DNA of 63,102 nucleotides, counting the filler, from Klebsormidium nitens (Eukaryota; Plantae; Klebsormidiophyceae): the NCBI GenBank assembly GCA_000708835.1. It is 4 parts of 4 records of this genome, joined end to end, with 100 filler letters (N's around TTAATTAATTAA, not from the genome) between each part and the next. Parts side by side here need not be neighbours in the genome. Positions count along the whole stretch, not along the records: positions 48,851 to 63,102 come from DF238063.1; 3 more parts are not named here. The stretch is one strand, 5' to 3'. The position numbers were made by a program, and so were the translations under genes. The notes under the pieces were generated by a model. That model was given only the letters and a program-made list of their open reading frames with translations, had not been told where the DNA came from and searched no databases. Positions 56,804 to 63,102 of this stretch are shown here, in pieces. Position 1 is the stretch's first letter. Every line of letters starts with the position of its first letter.

Positions 56804-59800
56804 TCAGTACATCAAGAGTCGTTGCCGTACAGACGGGCTCCATGTGTCTGCTCTGCCCGCAATGCGCAGCTTTGGTTCGTCAACGCGTGCTAGATCGCTA
56901 TTCCGTCCGCTGACCAGGTTAGCGAGAATGACCATGAACGCTATGAGGCTGCTATACCACGCTTGCGTCTTGAAGTTTACGAGAAACGCGCTGCACGACT
57001 CCACTGCCGATGTATTGACCCATCGCACGGAGTCGTAGTAGTGTGCATGTGATTCATACGAGGTCTAAGTTAGTCATCATAGAAAAGCTTTCAGACATGG
57101 CGTTGTAGAAGAATGTTGCATAGACATGCACTTTCGAAAGGCAGTCAGAACTTGCCTCCCTATTCTATAGAAGAGAGAGGGCGTTTTTGACTGAGTCTTA
57201 TTAAACTTGCTTCTTTGCACACACAATCTGGATGGGTGGCCCCTTCGAGCCAAGTCAAAGTACATGTGCCTTGCAGATGCATCAGGGTCTTACCTGTGTT
57301 GTATGATGGACCGCACTTGTGCGCCTCGGCGGTTGTATGGTGGAAGTGGAATCTGCAAGGATCAAGCACGGATTGAGAACAAAATATGTACAGCGGTGCA
57401 CAGCTGAGGAAAGTCGCAATGCACTATGGCAATGGCATGGAAGATTACACGCATTGCTCTCAACAAAGAAGCCCCCTTGGCTTGCGCAATCTTCGGACCT
57501 TACCTATCGACCAGGAACCGAACGTGCGCAAAGAACGCCGGCTCTCTCCGCATCGCGTAGGCGCGCAGCTTGCAGGCGTTGTCGTGGACGAGAATCAGGG
57601 GAAGATTTCTCCGATTGAGTCGAGTGTAGAGGATGGTGAAGGGATCTCGCGGCGATTCCCCCCGTAGCATGACGTGGAAACCATAGATGACACAATGAGG
57701 GCACGTAAAGACGAAGCCGCCCTTTGTGTGCCGTTGCAAGCGCTTGTTCTTCTTTATCCCGCTTTCTAGAGCAACCTTGGCATCGAATTCCCCGAAGGTG
57801 AGCCCGCTTCGACACCGGTGCTCCTCGTCGCTCTCGCGAGACCTACCGAGGTCGTCTTCAAATGGTTCGTACTGCGGGAGGGGCCGTTTCTGCTCCCACC
57901 CCGGAAGCGGGTAGCAGCCTAGCTCTCGTTGCTCACGGCAATAGGGATGATCGGAGGGAAGAGGACCAGGCTCCGATCCGTCCGCCTCGAGACCGAGCCG
58001 CTCGTTCAGCAAGATCCGCTCTGGCGGAAGGAGGGCGTACTCGTGCGGATCTGGAGGGGACAGGCTTTCGACCCCTGGGAGAAGAGCATTTGCTCGGGCC
58101 GCCCAGAAGTCGAAGGCTTGCTGCTGCTCGAAGCTCAAGGGTTTCGGCTCCCGCTCCAGCATCACGCAGACATCGAGGCCTTCGATGGCCGATTACGCCC
58201 ACCCCGCCCGCCCGACCCCAAGACCCATCGCCCCCCGCGCAAACAACGTCAAACGGTATAGGTGGTGTAGCACAGGATGGAAATACCCAGGAAAGCGGTC
58301 ACCGTAGTGGTCTAGCAGCCGGTGCAGGATTGGAGAATGCTCGGCCAACACGACCCTGTCGTCGTCGTTTGCGGCTCCCCCTAGCAGAAGCTTGCGGACC
58401 ACTCCCAGGGCCTTCCCATGCTGGATGAGGTTGGAGTCGTCCGAGACCAAGAACGGCGCCCCGAGAGTGTAGAGCAATTCCGCCCATCTGTGGGGGCAGC
58501 GGGGAGGCCATCGGAGCTCGACTTGCATTGATTCTCTCTCGACGCCCTCAAGCAGCTCGCACACCGCTTTGTTCTTCGATTTTATCTGGCCGACTTGATG
58601 GCGCAGGACCCGTCGACGCCAGTGCAAGAGAACGGGGTCGGCATCGGCATCATCCGGATCTTGGACGAAGTCCACGGCGACCTGCACGTCGTCTCTGTCA
58701 ACCGCGACCTGCACAAAAAGAGTCCGGCTCCGGTCAGGGATTAAACAATACTCGATGTCTAGTCCGTTTGAATGCATTGTTTGAATCAATGACAAACGCA
58801 TGGTGTCGGAAAGACAGACATGCTTACGATGGGCATGCTTGGATTGATATCAGAACTCACCAGGAGCTCCCCGTATTCTCGTGCACTGAGCGCCTTCCCC
58901 AACTCTGGATCAGCAGCATGGTGTCCGCTGAACCGCGCTAGAAGCGTCCGGAGCTCGGGTTGATGCAAGAGACGCTTTTTCAGGCCCCCTCCCAACAAAG
59001 ACGCCGCCAAGTAGTTGCTTCCGGCCTCCATTACTTTCCGCACGTTGACTCCATCGGAGCCTTGACTTGGCGCAGTGAAGGGCCGAAGCAAGGCGGCATC
59101 CGTTCCGGCAAGCCCACCCTTCTGACGTGTGCCGTCAGCGCAAGCAAGCCCCACGATGCCGTCGCATAGGAGTACCTTCACAAAGAGACAACATAGTACT
59201 CTTGAAAGGGTGAATCTCATATGTCTTGATTGCCCACGCTCCGATGACGTTAGCAACGCGCGACCGCAAAAAGTTTGTGCTAGACCTTGAACACTTGGAC
59301 ACGCCAAGACGGGGTCTCCCTCCGATGACGTCAGCAACAAACGACCGCGAAAAGTTTGTGCTAGACCTTGGACACTTGGACACGCTAAGACGGGGCCTCC
59401 CTCCGATGACGGCAGCAACGAGCAACAGCAAAAGTTTGTGCTAGACCTTGGACACTTGGACACGCCGAGACGGGCTCTTCTTCCGATGACGTCAGCAACA
59501 AGCGACCGCAAAAAATTTGTGTCAGACCTTGGACACTTGGACACGCCAAAATATGCAAACCGTGACTTGGTTGATATCTGACGATATGATCATAAGGTAA
59601 GGTGCGTAAGAATTTCGATGGTGGTAGGAACTGAGCACCAAGTGCCATCATGCTTGCGAACGTGGGCGTTAAGTGTTGCAAGACATACCTCCGGATGTGG
59701 CCCGCACAGAGAGCAGCACTCCATGATCTGCCGCCCACACAGCTTGAAGAAGCCAAGGTTGCCTTACGCCAACACTCCTCTGACAAGATGGTCGCATCGG

Positions 59801-62450
59801 GGTTGTATTGACGCCGCACAGTCCTTGCAGCTGCAACGAGCGAGCTGAAAGCAGCACCCGTATTCTGAACGTCTCGTAGCAGTATCTGACAGGCTTTTTG
59901 CGTGATGACCACCCCGCGCGTCCAAGCGTACAAGCCGAGGGCCTCCCCGTTGAAATGAACGGTATGCTTCTCGGGGCATGCGCAGCAGTAGATACGGAGC
60001 TTGACCTGCACAAAAACGAAGACCAAGGTGCCGTCTGATGATTTGACAGCTTCGATTGGAAGCACGGCTGAGAGCTCTAGGATGACTCGCAATTAGAAGT
60101 GACTCAACATCACACGAGTTTAATCTGCGTCAAGCATCTCTCTTGACTAAAATCTTTCTCTTACTCTTTTCATATGTTCGTTGGACGTTGTGCCATCCAA
60201 TCAATCTTTGCAAGAGGGTCAACTACAGGCGTGCACGATGGTGATCTTACCTCTTGCGACCAATACAAGTCGTATATTTGTGCACTCTGCCACAGACACG
60301 ACCATTGGGTCTTGCAAGGGGTTGGCCCTCGCGGGCACGGGGCGGAGAGTCTCTCCGCAGCGCTCAGCTCCTCAAAACCCCGGGCCGTGAGCTCGCTCAC
60401 TCGAACGGGCCTTTGCAGCAGCGACACCTCGGGGTCGTGGACCTGCCAAGAGTCCATCGGGCGAACGAGCTTGGGCACTTCCAGCTGCACGCCCTCAACT
60501 TCCATGGGCAACACCGTCGCAACACCGCGGGAGGCACCATGCGTGCACACGTTTGAGGGGCACACGCAGATGTTACACACTGGAATCGAGAAAGCGTTCC
60601 GATCATCGATCTGGGGGGCGCTCTCCGTTCCCCGCTTTCTCTCCTCGGCTGCATCCAACCCAACCTCCCCCATGCTGCCCGTTGCAGCGTCCACCTCCTC
60701 CCGCTCTATGCCTTTTGCCGCCCAGAGCGATTTGGTTCTCCGTTTGCCTGATTTCGCACTCGCCTCCCCAACGCCACCGGAGTTTTCTCCTTGCTCCGAT
60801 CGGACTCGTTTTTCGTTCGTCTGAGCAGACGCGCAGCACCTTGCTGCACAAGGCTCCTCGTCCACATCAACGCCGCCAAACACCCTCGGATGCTGCTTAC
60901 AGAAGCAACTTGGCCCTTCGCATGCGGCCCTCTCGTGACTGCCGACGACCAACTCCGCGAGGTACCCGTCCACGTCGGCGTCTGGCGCACACTCCTTGCC
61001 GTGCGCCATGCCGTCACCACCCTGGCGATCCCCCAGCCCGTCCTTCATAGACGTTTTTGCGAGCTCGAGCTGCTCCTCCGAAAACGAACTCCTGCTCAGC
61101 TTTTCCACTCCGCTAGGTCTGCTCAAAGCTCGCTTCACCCCTTGAATGTGCAAACAGTCAGCCGTCTTGCTGCATCCGCCACGCTTCTGACCCTCACAAT
61201 ACCAGCCTTTCTGCACCCCCTCTCCATAGTGGACCATCGTCCTCTTAGGGGAGGGCGAACCGACATTCCAGTACACCCCAAAAACCCGCTCTCCGGTTCT
61301 ATCGCATGGTATTTCCACTACACGCGGCCCCTTCTGCAGCGATATGGCGCTCGCTAGCCCTGGCGGCTCCAATGCCTGTAGCACAAGCTTGTGCACGCAC
61401 GGCGCCCGAGAGTACCGTCGGCCGCAATCGCATGTGCAGCTCAGGTTCCCCGTGGTTTCTCAATGCACCGTCTCGAGCAATGCGCGCACTTTGCTGGGGC
61501 GCCCGAGAGGTTTGGGTCTGGCGGTGTTGTGATTCCAAGTGCTAGCCAGGTAGACAGGACTGGCGGATCCAGGCTCGCCAACGCTGTAGAAAGCGCACTC
61601 TCCTGATCGGAGGCCATCGAGATACATCACAGCTTGGTCGATGATGGTCCGGCAACCCTCCATGTCGGACGCTTCGCCGTTCTCCGAGTGAAGTTGCCCC
61701 TGCATCCACAACAACAACATCTGGTTAGACATGCCGCAATTGGTGGAAGACTTGTAGACGCTCCACAAGGCTCCTAGCCGCGGTGTGATCCATCAGCATG
61801 AGATTCTTGACTTTTCCTCTATTCCTGAATGGATTTTTCTTGTTGTGCACACTTGGATCAATTACGCAGCATTCTCTAGGCTTAAAAAGAGCATACGGAT
61901 AGTGCTCAATCAAACATTCACAAACAGATGCAGAGACTTCCAGGAATGGAAAATCTGCATTCCCGCTTACCTCCACTTGCGCGCTGGACCTTGCTGTCTC
62001 CCCCACCTTTCAACCCCTGTTCACCGCTGCTTGCGCTGCAGTAGTCTTGCGGCGCCCGCCTGGCCGTTCCTCCTCTGCCTTCTCTTGCAGTCTGCCAATC
62101 TCGGCCCCAGACACCGAGTCTTTCACTTGGCTCCATGGCTCCCCTAGTTTTTCGCGCTGGAACCAGACTTCGGCTGAACCCACCGAGCTCCGGGTGGTCC
62201 TTGCTACGCTGATTGTGAGCTTGTTAGCACACTGGGTGACGGGACCGAAATGCCGCTTTACGCACTCAAGACAAAGAGGCCAGCGCTTTTTCTGACCTCT
62301 GGCGACCGATTCGGGTGAGCTGATTGCAAAGCCCTTCAGTGCATGGTTTTTCCGGAATGTGAGTTGGTAGTTCTGTCACAAGTGTTTGTTTGCAAAGTGG
62401 GCATTTGGTAGCTAGTGAATTGGCGGGGTCGGCTCCGTAGGCTTGTGGAT
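56804..62450 (-). mobile_element. Decayed intron-containing KDZ-superfamily (Kyakuja-Dileera-Zisupton/HMGXB3-like) transposase gene
   Basis: SWIM-like SCTCDCGRRYSRAPCVH and WYCEG...CSKTADCLH; CxC-type CPRGPTPC, YCCACPEKH, CCSLCGPHPE|VLLCDG; core GGFVFTCPHCVIYGFHVMLRGESPRDPFTILYTR...VHDNACKL...FLVDR|FHF...CGPSY; last exon VNTSAVESCSAFL...FMVIL. In-frame stops at ~61460 and ~62004 and frameshifts at ~59760 and ~58200. The 5' end is beyond or near the window edge. Confidence 0.85.
59235..59550 (-). repeat. Repeat family A array (4 units, ~79 bp) inside a KDZ intron, minus orientation
   Basis: AAGTTTGTGCTAGACCTTGGACACTTGGACACGCC...CCGATGACGTCAGCAAC units between exons CGPHPE and VLLCDG. Confidence 0.92.
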
Positions 62451-63102
62451 CTACAATAATGTTGCCACAGCTAACCTCCCTCTGACTGGAGATGTTCAGT
62501 CGGGCCAGACTGAATCCCGGGGTTGATTGCATGTTCCCCGAGCTCCCTCAAGATGTCAAGAGGGGTGGCCGGACTGCTTGCTGGTTAGCGATGGTTGTCT
62601 CTGGTAGAGTGCTAGATAGGTCGGAAAGACTCGGATGCGGAAGAGGGCCAGTTAGAAAATGAAAAGAAATGAGCGAATATCTGACCTTTTGTACCCTGAT
62701 TTCCGGGTCGGGTGCCCTGTTGGCAGACCTTCTCGGACGGTCCAGTAGCCTGCTTACGTGGTCGGGTGCTCTGTTGGCAGGCTTTCCAAAAGGTCCACTC
62801 AATTGTACATATCCGGCGGGCAGTCCGGCGGGTTGTTGTCGTCAGATGGGTCAGACTGTTAACCCGATCGACCGCCCCGGGCCCTAAACCGACACTTGCG
62901 GCACCCGGAACGATTCACTTCCGCGCTCCATGTCGAGCAGGGGGTCTCGGGGGCCGTCAATTTTATGCCATTGAACAGATGGTGAACCCTGCCCTGGCCG
63001 AAAAGCTCCATCGAACTACGCCACCCGAAACGGCAGTTGACGCCAGCTTGACCGTCAGGAAGCGCGGGGCAGCCATCGTGGTTTGTTGCAGCACTGAATC
63101 CA

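Noticed and set aside
57862-61357. Long plus-strand ORFs opposite the KDZ gene (57862-58428, 60174-60824, 60553-61050, 60791-61357)
   Set aside because: Antisense shadows of GC-rich coding sequence.
1-63102. rRNA, tRNA, capsid, integron-integrase and reverse-transcriptase genes
   Set aside because: No sequence supporting any of these was recognised; absence cannot be asserted inside the N-gaps.

Overview
Eukaryotic nuclear scaffold with intron-rich genes (GT-AG splice sites, plant-type E2F and BIG BROTHER-RELATED genes). A streptophyte alga such as Klebsormidium is my inference, not a search result. There are five N-gaps, three containing an artificial TTAATTAATTAA linker, so adjacency across them is only scaffold-level. 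Host genes I reconstructed by hand with phase-consistent exons: a GPI-anchored Pro-rich surface glycoprotein (2230-5658 +), a zf-MYND protein (13302-14972 +), E2F (24868-16724 -) and a BBR-like RING-H2 E3 ligase (26540-34626 +). Partial genes: extended-PHD exons (7187-6512 -) and a PrimPol-like primase exon (43265-42312 -). Two signals stand out. (1) An intronless, decaying virus-like module at ~48.9-56.6 kb: an MC1-like basic protein, a catalytically dead tyrosine-recombinase paralogue, a frameshifted Polinton-like-virus/virophage-type tyrosine recombinase and a Prim-Pol/D5 SF3 primase-helicase, with no capsid gene visible. It is tied to a ~80-bp TGACGTCA-containing repeat family that also punctuates a rearranged cassette block at 7.3-12.5 kb, which includes an internally deleted copy of the module. 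(2) Three introns in two host genes hold tandem arrays of duplicated acceptor-plus-exon-start units with new GT donors, forming chains of candidate mini-exons. A decayed, intron-containing KDZ/Zisupton-like transposase occupies ~56.8-62.4 kb (-). All family assignments come from motif recognition; no database searches were run.
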